Shown here: positions 1 through 8,448 of the stretch, one piece after another
How the letters are laid out: every line of letters starts with the position of its first letter
Numbering within the stretch: the stretch's first letter is position 1
Source of the DNA: an archaeon
Lineage (GTDB): Archaea > Nanobdellota > Nanobdellia > Woesearchaeales > UBA9642
Reading direction: 5' to 3'
Assembly (NCBI GenBank): GCA_043806035.1
Contig: JAZDHK010000020.1
Coordinates: 1 to 59,420, forward strand
DNA: 59,420 bases
The notes under the pieces: generated by a model
Told to the model about the DNA's origin: nothing
The model's input: only the letters and a program-made list of their open reading frames with translations
The model's database searches: none
Program-made: the position numbers and the translations under genes

Positions 1-215
1 CCATAGTCTCAAAGGCGCCGCTTTGCGGCGGCGCGCCGACTATGGTCTCTTCTTGATAATTCGAGAATTTAACAGCTGCGGCCTTTCAACTGCGGGTTTC
101 GCTGCTACTCAACCCGCGAGTATTCCCGGCCGCACGATAAACTCGACCGCAGGGAGTGAATATGTTCGAAGGACGAGAGAGGGGCGTCTTGTTTTGGTTC
201 TTTTTTGAAAAGAAC
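1..215. repeat. Cluster of imperfect hairpins (attC/REP-like) upstream of the PadR gene
   Basis: ccatagtc..gactatgg (1-45); tcgag..tgcggcc..ggccgca..ctcga (61-146) with RYYYAAC-type ATTTAAC at 67-73; gttctttt..aaaagaac (~197-215). Confidence 0.6.
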
Positions 216-235
216 TTATCTGTTCTTGCGATAGA

Positions 236-243
236 TTTATAAA
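236..243 (+). promoter_or_regulatory. Archaeal TATA box of the PadR-UvrA unit
   Basis: TTTATAAA ~23 nt before ATG 266, typical leaderless spacing. Confidence 0.55.
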
Positions 244-265
244 TATAGTATAATTACCATATTGT

Positions 266-811
266 ATGACTACAATATCAAACAAAGAAGCAGCATTATT
301 AGGGTTGATTTCAGAGAAACCTAAACATGCCTATGAAATTGAAAATGACATCAAGGAAAGAGATATGCGATACAGGACAGAAATATCCATGTCCTCAATA
401 TATAAGCTCTTAAATAAACTAGAAAGTATAAAATTACTTGAAAGTAAAGTTAAACTTTCAAAAAACAATGTTGCTCAAAAGGTTTATTCAATTACCAATC
501 AAGGTAAAAAAGTGTTTAAAAATAAATTAAAAGAATTAGTTTCTGCTTGGCAACCCTCAAAACATCCAATTGATATAGGTTTAGCAAATTTGAATTTATT
601 AAACAAGAAGGAAGCTATGGAACAATTAACAAAATACTCAGAATCACTTGATAAAATGATCAAATGCTATGATGAACTGGAGAAATTTCTTATTGATGGA
701 AAATGCCATCTTGGGAATATTCAACTTGCAACACGAAGAATATTTTTAATAAAGGCAGAAAAAAAATGGTTAAGTAAATTTATTGAAGATTTCAAAAATG
801 AATCACGATAA
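266..811 (+). CDS. PadR family transcriptional regulator
   Basis: LLGLISEKPKHAYEI..SSIYKLLNKLE..KVYSITNQGK winged-helix signature, helical C-terminal domain. Confidence 0.9.
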   Translation: MTTISNKEAALLGLISEKPKHAYEIENDIKERDMRYRTEISMSSIYKLLNKLESIKLLESKVKLSKNNVAQKVYSITNQGKKVFKNKLKELVSAWQPSKHPIDIGLANLNLLNKKEAMEQLTKYSESLDKMIKCYDELEKFLIDGKCHLGNIQLATRRIFLIKAEKKWLSKFIEDFKNESR

Positions 812-3053
812 AATCATAATAAAAGGTGCAAAGACTCACAATCTTAAAGATATTTCTTTAGAAATTCCTAAAAATAAGATTGTTGCTTTTACTGGTGTTT
901 CTGGGTCTGGAAAATCATCACTTGTTTTTGACACTATATATACAGAATCCCAAAGGCAACTCATTGAAACATTCTCTTCTTTTGCCAGGTCAAGGATGCC
1001 TAAGCTTTCAAAACCACCTGTTGATGAAATCAAAAATATTTCAACAGCAATAGTGATTGACCAAAAAAGGATGGGAACAACCTTGCGAAGCACGATTGGA
1101 ACAGCAACAGAACTTTACACTTATTTGAGATTATTATTCTCAAGATGTGGAGACAAGTTTATAGGTCCTTCTTTTGTTTTTGGATTTAACCATCCTTCTG
1201 GAATGTGTCCGGACTGCAAAGGCCTTGGGAAGAGAATCAAAGTAGATGTTAACATGATATTAGATAAAGAAAAATCTATACGAGAAGGAGCAATAAACCA
1301 TCCAGACCACAAAGTTGGTGGATGGAATTGGAGAGAAATGGTTGCAATCAACCTATTTGATGTTGATAAAAAATTAAAAGATTTTTCTGAAAAAGAACTT
1401 AATGATTTTCTTTATGCAAAATCAATCCCTATTGAGAAAAAACATGGAGCAGGAACTTACACTAAGAACTATGAGGGCATCATAAGGAAGCTTGAAAGAA
1501 TATATGTAAATAAGGCAAAAGATGAATTATCAAAAGATAGGAAAGATGCTTACCAAAAATATTTTGTCTATTCTGATTGTGATTCCTGTAATGGCTCAAG
1601 GATTAATGAAAAAGCAAGAAGTGTTAAAGTTAATGGAAAAAGAATTTCTGAATTGATAGACATGGAATTTAGCGAACTTTACAATTTTCTTGGAACAATA
1701 AAAGGAGACATTGCAAAACCAATGGTCCAAAAGATGCGACAGATACTTTCTCATCTTATTGAAATTGGTGTTGGTTATCTTTCTTTAAATCGTTCTGTTG
1801 CTACTCTTTCTGGAGGTGAAAGCCAGAGAGTAAAAATGGCGAGACAGCTTGACTGCGACCTTGTTGATATGATGTATATAATGGATGAGCCATCAATCGG
1901 GCTCCACCCAAGAGATATAAATAAATTGATTGAGATGTTAGTAAAATTGAAAGAAAAAGGTAATAGTGTTTTTATTGTTGAACATGATCCTGCATTAATA
2001 AGATGTGCGGAATATATTATTGATATCGGACCAAAGGCAGGAAGTTTGGGTGGAAAGATTATTTATTCAGGAACCTTTGAGGGCTTGAAGAAATCAAAAG
2101 GATTGACTGCTGAATATTTGAATAAAAAAGAAAAAGTGAACAACAACAGAAAAAAATGGGATGATTATATTGAAATCAAAGACGCAACATTACACAATTT
2201 GAAAAATGTATCAACAAAAATTCCAAAAAAAGTGATGACTTGCATAACAGGAGTTGCAGGATCAGGAAAAAGCAGCCTGATAAATGATGTGTTTTTGAAA
2301 GAAAACAAAGAAGCAATAATAATTGACCAATCGCCAGTCGGAAAATCTTCTCGTTCAAATCCTGCTACTTATATTGGGGTTTTTGACTTAATAAGAAAAG
2401 AATTCGCTGATGTAACAAATTCAAACCCTTCTTTGTTCAGTTTTAATTCTAAAGGAGCATGCCCAAAATGTAAAGGACTTGGGGCAATAAGCTATGAAAT
2501 GAGTTTTTTGGATGAAGTAAAAGTTACTTGTGATGAATGTAATGGAAAAAGATATACAGAAAAGGTTTTGGCATTGAAATATAAGGGAAAAAGTATCTTT
2601 GATATTCTTAATATGACCATCAAGGAATTAGTTGATTTTTTTGGAAATAAAGAAATCAAAAGAAAACTCAATATTTTATGTGATGTTGGTTTGGGTTATT
2701 TAGAAATTGGACAACCACTAAGCACATTGTCAGGTGGAGAATGTCAAAGAATAAAACTGGCATCTGAGTTGCATAAAAAAGGGAAGGTGTATGTTATGGA
2801 TGAGCCAACAACAGGACTTCACATGGCAGATATTGATAAATTAATGAAAATCATAAAAAATCTGGTTGATAATGACAATACTGTGGTTGTTATAGAACAT
2901 AATCTCGATGTTGTTAAACATGCAGATTGGGTAATAGATTTGGGTCCTGATGGTGGTTCTAAAGGTGGAGAAATCTTGTTTGAAGGAACTCCTGAAGATT
3001 TGATTAAATGCGGAAAGAGTTATACTGGGAAATATTTGAAAGAACTATTATGA
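798..3053 (+). CDS. uvrA: Class II UvrA / DrrC-like ABC ATPase
   Basis: Two Walker A motifs ([18 protein letters not shown]), two LSGGE signatures, CxxC zinc fingers; ~750 aa, shorter than canonical UvrA; ATG 798 overlaps the PadR end. Confidence 0.9.
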   Translation: MNHDKIIIKGAKTHNLKDISLEIPKNKIVAFTGVSGSGKSSLVFDTIYTESQRQLIETFSSFARSRMPKLSKPPVDEIKNISTAIVIDQKRMGTTLRSTIGTATELYTYLRLLFSRCGDKFIGPSFVFGFNHPSGMCPDCKGLGKRIKVDVNMILDKEKSIREGAINHPDHKVGGWNWREMVAINLFDVDKKLKDFSEKELNDFLYAKSIPIEKKHGAGTYTKNYEGIIRKLERIYVNKAKDELSKDRKDAYQKYFVYSDCDSCNGSRINEKARSVKVNGKRISELIDMEFSELYNFLGTIKGDIAKPMVQKMRQILSHLIEIGVGYLSLNRSVATLSGGESQRVKMARQLDCDLVDMMYIMDEPSIGLHPRDINKLIEMLVKLKEKGNSVFIVEHDPALIRCAEYIIDIGPKAGSLGGKIIYSGTFEGLKKSKGLTAEYLNKKEKVNNNRKKWDDYIEIKDATLHNLKNVSTKIPKKVMTCITGVAGSGKSSLINDVFLKENKEAIIIDQSPVGKSSRSNPATYIGVFDLIRKEFADVTNSNPSLFSFNSKGACPKCKGLGAISYEMSFLDEVKVTCDECNGKRYTEKVLALKYKGKSIFDILNMTIKELVDFFGNKEIKRKLNILCDVGLGYLEIGQPLSTLSGGECQRIKLASELHKKGKVYVMDEPTTGLHMADIDKLMKIIKNLVDNDNTVVVIEHNLDVVKHADWVIDLGPDGGSKGGEILFEGTPEDLIKCGKSYTGKYLKELL

Positions 3054-3160
3054 ATTCTTTTGTGAAACAAAAGACTATATATGCGAAGCACTGACGCCCC
3101 TCCAATAAATTCTTTTACGAAGTAAAAGACAATATGTCCAAAGGACTAAGCCCCTCTCTC
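3053..3160. repeat. Two imperfect tandem ~50-bp hairpin units
   Basis: aattcttttgtgaaacaaaagac..gcccctc (3053-3102) and aattcttttacgaagtaaaagac..gcccctc (3108-3156). Confidence 0.65.
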
Positions 3161-3184
3161 TTTTCCGTTTTAAGTAATCCAAAA

Positions 3185-3300
3185 ATTAAGTTCTCCTGAG
3201 CTGGCGAAGGACGACCTAAGGTCGAGTTTTTGCCCGAACGTTACAACGTTTTCTTCCCAAAAGAAAAGGGCAAAAATGGAACTTAATCGCTGTTAGGCAC
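3185..3300 (-). other. attC-like recombination site
   Basis: Minus-strand GTGCCTAAC (3300-3292, RYYYAAC) followed by stems attaagttc/gaacttaat (3185-3193/3279-3287) and tttttgccc/gggcaaaaa; no canonical distal GTT core found. Confidence 0.5.
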
Positions 3301-3418
3301 CCCTGCCTCGAAGCCGACCCGGCACGAAGCGGACGCGTAGTGCCTGGATTGGGGCTTCAGAGATGCAAGGTCGAGCATTTTTAGCGAAGCTAAAAAGCGG
3401 AGAAGTTGAAAATCAAAT

Positions 3419-3805
3419 CTAAGAGAGTAATTTAATAATAGCTAATACTCCAAAAAGAAAGCCAACACCATAAAGGATAAGTCCAACAACGAAACCTGGA
3501 ATTATATACTTTCCAATCTGAATAGACTTGATGCGAATGGCTTTTTCCAACACGGGTAAAAAAGCTATGACTGCGAAAAACAAAGCGAAGAAGGTTACGA
3601 GCGCATAACAGTTAAATGGAATTCCTTCTTGGGTGACGTGGCATACTTGTTTTAATATCATAATTGCCCAATCATTAGGGTCTACAGATACACCTGTCTT
3701 TATTGCAATTCCGGGAAGTATGCCTCCAAAAAACCCAGAGATAATTATAGCAATCTTATCAGGGATTGGAATTTCAACGTACTTCGATTGACCTTTTCGA
3801 GCCAT
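3419..3805 (-). CDS. Small membrane protein, putative gene cassette cargo
   Basis: About 3 hydrophobic segments, AT-rich; ATG 3805 preferred over TTG 3856 because a TATA-like tract lies at ~3827-3840. Confidence 0.7.
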   Translation of the reverse strand: MARKGQSKYVEIPIPDKIAIIISGFFGGILPGIAIKTGVSVDPNDWAIMILKQVCHVTQEGIPFNCYALVTFFALFFAVIAFLPVLEKAIRIKSIQIGKYIIPGFVVGLILYGVGFLFGVLAIIKLLS

Positions 3806-3858
3806 TGGTATGCAGTGTTGGCTTTCTTTATTATATTTTTCGGATTTGATTTTCAATT

Positions 3859-3885
3859 GTGCCTAACTCCATATAGGCGAAGTCT
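3859..3885 (-). other. attI-like core site
   Basis: Minus strand acttcgcctatatgga-GTTAGGCAC (GTTRRRY at 3867-3861), between the integrase start and the first cassette. Confidence 0.5.
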
Positions 3886-4039
3886 GCCGAATTCACCCGA
3901 TAGGGCGTCTGGAAGGGGCGAATAGGATTGTTCATTTTTCGAACTAACGCATCAGTGTCGTAAGTTTTCCGAAGTATTCGTAAATAGCACTGGACAGCTT
4001 CATTCAAAGCATATAAAGACGCACGAATGCTCTTGTGTC

Positions 4040-4846
4040 ATGGACGTTTTGGATGCAATGAAGAAAGAAATGCTGAGACGACGACTCAGTCCCAGAACGA
4101 TCGAGACATACCTATTTTACGTTCGCAAATTCCTCGCGTTCTGCAAAAAAGAGCCAAAGCACTTTTCGAGAGCAGATTGCCTAGCGTTTCTCGATAGATA
4201 TGCAGAAAAGACCGGCAACACTATGAACGTCACCCTCAACTCAGTAAGATTTCTTATGGAAGAGATTCTGCGCAAGCGCATGAAGTTGGGCATTTGTTAC
4301 GCAAAGACACCGAAGAAGATGCCAAGATTTCTTTCAAGAGAAGAAGTAGACCGACTCCTCAACGCAATCAACAACCCCAAGTACAAGCTGCTCGTCTCGC
4401 TCATGTATGGTGCAGGCCTGCGTGTCAGTGAAGTTCTCAATCTCAAAAAAGAAGATTTGCATCTCAAGCAGGGAATAGGTTGGGTGCGCCAGGGCAAAGG
4501 AAACAAAGACAGACCTTTCATCATACCATCTTGTCTCCTAATTGACCTGTCACAATGTTCCAAAGGACTGCTCTTTAAAGGAAAGAACGGAAAATTGAGT
4601 ATAAGAAGCGTGCAGGAAATCGTCAAACACGCTGCAAGATCGTCATGCCTCAAGAGCGTGCACCCGCACACTCTGCGCCATTCGTTCGCCACTCACCTAG
4701 TGCAAAATGGAGAAAGCATAGGCACAGTCCAAGGATTGCTTGGACACAATGATCCGAGAACCACTTTCATGTACGTGCATGCTGCGGGGCGTCTGCTAGC
4801 GACAAGAAGCCCGCTTGATAAGCCACAGGCAGAGTCTGCGATGTGA
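4040..4846 (+). CDS. Tyrosine recombinase, short IntI/Xer-like integrase
   Basis: SPRTIETY N-terminal domain, YGAGLRVSE, GKGNKDR, HPHTLRHSFATHL, LLGH..TTFMY, C-terminal RSPLD; TATA-like ATATAAA at 4011-4017. Confidence 0.9.
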   Translation: MDVLDAMKKEMLRRRLSPRTIETYLFYVRKFLAFCKKEPKHFSRADCLAFLDRYAEKTGNTMNVTLNSVRFLMEEILRKRMKLGICYAKTPKKMPRFLSREEVDRLLNAINNPKYKLLVSLMYGAGLRVSEVLNLKKEDLHLKQGIGWVRQGKGNKDRPFIIPSCLLIDLSQCSKGLLFKGKNGKLSIRSVQEIVKHAARSSCLKSVHPHTLRHSFATHLVQNGESIGTVQGLLGHNDPRTTFMYVHAAGRLLATRSPLDKPQAESAM

Positions 4847-4855
4847 GTACGAAGC

Positions 4856-5446
4856 TCACCGTTCGCAATCATACACCCAGAATCCGCCCTTCTTCGCAAG
4901 GACAGAGAAAGAACCAAACACGTCAGTGGCGACTTTTGATAGTGACTCGCCGCCCTTGTTCTTCCTGATAACAAACTGCAAGTGCCCACCTGGGTGCAAA
5001 TGCAAAAAGGAATCCCGCACCAACCGTTCACAGACCTTCTTGCCTGCGGATTGCGGCGGGTTAGAGAGAATGAGATCGAACTTCTCAGGAATCTTCTCGA
5101 AAAGGTTAGACTCAACAACCTCTGCAGTGAGTCCATACAGTTTCAGGTTAGAACGGGTCACTTTCAGCGCACGACTATTGATGTCAGAAAAGGTCATCTT
5201 CAGCGAACGATGCTGCCTCAGTAAACTCACACCCACTATGCCTACCCCACAGCCGAGGTCGAGCACAGACGTGCACGTTTCAGGGAGGACGCAATGCTCA
5301 ATCAGTACTTGCGATCCTTTATCCAGCTCGTTCTTGGAAAAAAGTCCAGAGGCAGTATACAGTTCAAAAGGCTCCTTATTCTTGAGACGAACCAGCATCT
5401 TCGAGAGGATAAGCGGCTTCTTCGTGGGGATGAAGTAGTGGTCCAT
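4856..5446 (-). CDS. RsmC/MTS-family class I SAM methyltransferase
   Basis: GLFSKNELDKGSQVL, VLDLGCGVG, ILSNPP motifs. Confidence 0.85.
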   Translation of the reverse strand: MDHYFIPTKKPLILSKMLVRLKNKEPFELYTASGLFSKNELDKGSQVLIEHCVLPETCTSVLDLGCGVGIVGVSLLRQHRSLKMTFSDINSRALKVTRSNLKLYGLTAEVVESNLFEKIPEKFDLILSNPPQSAGKKVCERLVRDSFLHLHPGGHLQFVIRKNKGGESLSKVATDVFGSFSVLAKKGGFWVYDCER

Positions 5447-5447
5447 C

Positions 5448-6104
5448 TTACATGATCTTGAGCAGCTTGTACGTGAGCAGGTCTGCTGTGCTCACCAGCT
5501 CTTCCGCAGAAGGCGCTTCGAGGATGATGCAGTTGTGGATCATGCTCGCCTCCGTCCGATTGCTGACCTTGAGCCAGATGATGGAATGGCTGATAGATGC
5601 ATTCTTGCAGGACAGCACCGGCAGGTCATATGTTGCATTCTCTGCAGGACCATCAATGAGGTAGTAGCCTGCGCTCGTGTTAATGCCGAAAATGCCTTGC
5701 GTGACGCGCTTGATCTCAGTAAAGGCGATGACTGCACTCGACGGGTAGGAAGGATCCATGATGATGCGAATGTTGCCTCCAAATTGAGAACGCTGATACA
5801 CGTGTCTGGTGATGTTGTCATCATAGGAGATGTTCACGAGGTCAGGGGGCACCGTATAGGAAGGGATGATGACGGGCTGCTTGCCAATCATGACCGTAGT
5901 AGTCCAAAAGCCATCCACATTTTTGTAAAAGTCAAAGTTATTATAGACGAGGTGCGTGCTCTTTTCTTGCTCGTGACGGATAAAATAGGACGTGGCAACA
6001 AATGCCGCCCCGATTAGGACAACGACTGCCAGGACGATGAAGAATCCTTTCCAGCCACTATCTGTCGTCTCCTCACTCTTCTCATCACGCTTCTCTGCGC
6101 TCAT
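5448..6104 (-). CDS. Membrane-anchored hypothetical protein (paralog of 6101-6703)
   Basis: N-terminal TM, YNNFDF, LPVLSCKNAS..NCIILE; ATG 6104 overlaps the upstream TGA. Confidence 0.75.
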   Translation of the reverse strand: MSAEKRDEKSEETTDSGWKGFFIVLAVVVLIGAAFVATSYFIRHEQEKSTHLVYNNFDFYKNVDGFWTTTVMIGKQPVIIPSYTVPPDLVNISYDDNITRHVYQRSQFGGNIRIIMDPSYPSSAVIAFTEIKRVTQGIFGINTSAGYYLIDGPAENATYDLPVLSCKNASISHSIIWLKVSNRTEASMIHNCIILEAPSAEELVSTADLLTYKLLKIM

Positions 6105-6703
6105 GGGCTCACCCCGAGGAATGCATAAAAGAGCTGTGTTCCCGCACGCAACTGCGCAAGCCCCTTTCCTTGTACGATGACGCAATTGTTCTCAAAAGCA
6201 ACGCCAGAAGGAAGGTCGGACTGGCTCAGGAAGATAACAGGCCCTTTTTCTGTGGCATTCTCGCACGTCAAGACGGGAAGCGCATACATCGTGTTCTCTT
6301 CCGTGACGGCCTGAGCAAACGGCTTATTCACGTACTGGGCAAAGTCAAAACGCACGATGTCCGTAATAACTTGCTCGTCACTGTCATTGCTGGGGGAAAA
6401 CGTTATGATGAGGTAGTCCGCATTCCGCAGGAACGCACCGACTGTCTCGTTGATGCTGACATCAGTGAGCTCTGTCGGCAAGTAGTAGAAGCCATAGGTC
6501 TTATCGTCCAGCTTGAGCGTGTATCGGTGCGGGTCATTCGGCAGGGTCTGCACCTTGAACGCATACTGCCCATACGTTATTTGTGATGCCTGGTCGGGAT
6601 TGCTCAAAAAGATGGCGAACGAGCTCGCCACCATGATCACGACGATGAAGATGCTCATGTACAACGCAGTATTGCTCTTCTTTTCCTTTTTTCTCAGCTT
6701 CAT
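6101..6703 (-). CDS. Membrane-anchored hypothetical protein
   Basis: N-terminal TM, YGQYAF, LPVLTCENAT..NCVIVQG. Confidence 0.75.
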   Translation of the reverse strand: MKLRKKEKKSNTALYMSIFIVVIMVASSFAIFLSNPDQASQITYGQYAFKVQTLPNDPHRYTLKLDDKTYGFYYLPTELTDVSINETVGAFLRNADYLIITFSPSNDSDEQVITDIVRFDFAQYVNKPFAQAVTEENTMYALPVLTCENATEKGPVIFLSQSDLPSGVAFENNCVIVQGKGLAQLRAGTQLFYAFLGVSP

Positions 6704-6760
6704 GCCTCTGTCAGAACAATAGTCGTTTTAAAAAGTTATCGTAGCTCAGGTCTTGCAGGC

Positions 6761-7936
6761 CTAGTGCCGCCTGACGATGCGATGGCGGCGTCTGCGCCTG
6801 ATGAGGACAAGCAGGAGGAAGATAAAGATGATGATCACGACGATAATGACAGTAGTCCAGGGGAACGCGCCCTGTGCTGTTGACTTGCTTACGTCCGTGA
6901 ACGCCTCGCCTTCGAAGGTCAGCTTGTTGTTGTAGCGGATCCTTCCCTTGATGATATTGTGTCCTTCCTCGGTGAGCTGGGCGAACGTATCGATGTTTGC
7001 CGTCTCTCCGGGAGGGACATCGACGGGTTCTGTACTGATGACGCTGATGATTTTTTCGTCGAGATTGATTGTTCCCTCGAACTTTGCCGAGACCGTTCGC
7101 TCGCCCTTGTTCCTGAAGACTGCCGTTATGGGAATGATCTGCCCTTGTTCTGCAACGAAGGGAGCATCAATTCTCACCAATTCTCCAACGTCAGTGATTG
7201 AGCCTCGCTCCACCACGTTCAGCTCGAGCAGGCTCTCCCCCCGACAGTCTGGCGTGCTCACGTCAACCCAGTATTGGCCGATCGCAAGGTTTTGCGGCAC
7301 GTACTTCCTGAATGACTGCTGTGTCGTGGGCAGTATTTCTGCATCTCCGACGATATCTTGGCTGAGGACGAGCGTCCGTTGCTCCTGATCCCAGACATTG
7401 ATGCTAATGGTCGGCCGTACGCGAACGTTGCCGTTGTTGTTAATGGAATAGAAGAACTCGAGGGGGAATCCGCTTTCGACATTCGGCAATGACGTGCTGG
7501 AGAGGTCGCAGCTCTTTATCTCATTGCCCACTATCTCGACCATGACGCGGATGATGAATGCTGCCTGCACGGAACTGCCATACTGGCCACCAGGTTTGCC
7601 GAGCGCTCCTGTCAGCACGCGGACGCTACCAGTGTAGTTGCCGTTTGCCGCATCGAGCGGAGGCTCAACGGCTATACGCAATATTTGCGGATCAGAGACG
7701 CTGAAGAAGAGCGTTACATTGTCGGGCAAGACTTTCAGCCAAGAGGCAATATCTCCCATCGTCTCATATTCGAGGCTGATGTTATAGGCGGAGTCTGTCG
7801 TGACAAAAACAGGTGTCTCCGCATATCCTCCTCTGAGCACCAAGGGGAAATCTATCACTGCCTTGTTCACACCTATGGCAACGGCATGTGCTACAGGGAT
7901 GAGAAGAACAAACAGGACAAGTAACCATTTCTTCAT
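6761..7936 (-). CDS. Secreted multi-Ig protein with C-terminal TM (DUF916/DUF3324-like)
   Basis: Signal peptide, ~3 beta-sandwich segments, NNGNVRVRP motif, TM followed by RRRRR tail. Confidence 0.65.
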   Translation of the reverse strand: MKKWLLVLFVLLIPVAHAVAIGVNKAVIDFPLVLRGGYAETPVFVTTDSAYNISLEYETMGDIASWLKVLPDNVTLFFSVSDPQILRIAVEPPLDAANGNYTGSVRVLTGALGKPGGQYGSSVQAAFIIRVMVEIVGNEIKSCDLSSTSLPNVESGFPLEFFYSINNNGNVRVRPTISINVWDQEQRTLVLSQDIVGDAEILPTTQQSFRKYVPQNLAIGQYWVDVSTPDCRGESLLELNVVERGSITDVGELVRIDAPFVAEQGQIIPITAVFRNKGERTVSAKFEGTINLDEKIISVISTEPVDVPPGETANIDTFAQLTEEGHNIIKGRIRYNNKLTFEGEAFTDVSKSTAQGAFPWTTVIIVVIIIFIFLLLVLIRRRRRHRIVRRH

Positions 7937-8243
7937 AATTCACCCAACGATACGCCTCTCTGATTCTCCTCATTAATAAAGATTACGCATGGTTCCTTTG
8001 CGAATAGCGATTTTCCCTGCCAATGGCAGCACAGTACATGGGCTCACCCTGAGAGTCTCGTGCATCCCCGAGCGAAGCAATCAACAAACAATTCCGTTAC
8101 GTGCCGACTCGTATGCGTGCATCTGCATGCTCTTCTGTGCGGAGCGGGATGCGAAAGAGATTCAGGATGCAGCACAGTACATGATAACATATATAAACCT
8201 CAGTCATAAATTTCGATTATTTCAGGCTAGGTGAGGTTGGAAT

Positions 8244-8429
8244 ATGCCGAAAGTCAGCATTGACTACAAAAAATGTGATGGTTGCGGAACGTGTATTGAG
8301 GTATGTGCGGTCAACGTCTTTGAGAAGAGGAAGGACAAGACGGTAGTTGCGCGTCAGGGGGATTGTCTCCTTTGTCTTTCTTGCGTCGACCAATGCCCGA
8401 AGAAGGCAATCACAGTAAAAGAGGACTAG
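8244..8429 (+). CDS. 4Fe-4S dicluster ferredoxin
   Basis: CDGCGTCIEVC and CLLCLSCVDQCP; GGTGAGGT RBS-like sequence upstream. Confidence 0.92.
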   Translation: MPKVSIDYKKCDGCGTCIEVCAVNVFEKRKDKTVVARQGDCLLCLSCVDQCPKKAITVKED

Positions 8430-8448
8430 CCAAGAGCAATGCCTCTCC

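Noticed and set aside
23-208. 61-aa ORF
   Set aside because: TTG start, lies over hairpins, no protein-like motif
3053-3300. Possible CRISPR array
   Set aside because: Only two imperfect units, no regular repeat-spacer pattern, no cas genes
3868-4846. Housekeeping XerA with a dif site, or provirus end
   Set aside because: No dif-like site, tRNA target or viral genes recognised; not fully excluded without a phylogeny
7989-8234. 81-aa ORF or RNA gene between divergent genes
   Set aside because: No coding or tRNA signature; overlaps the likely ferredoxin promoter
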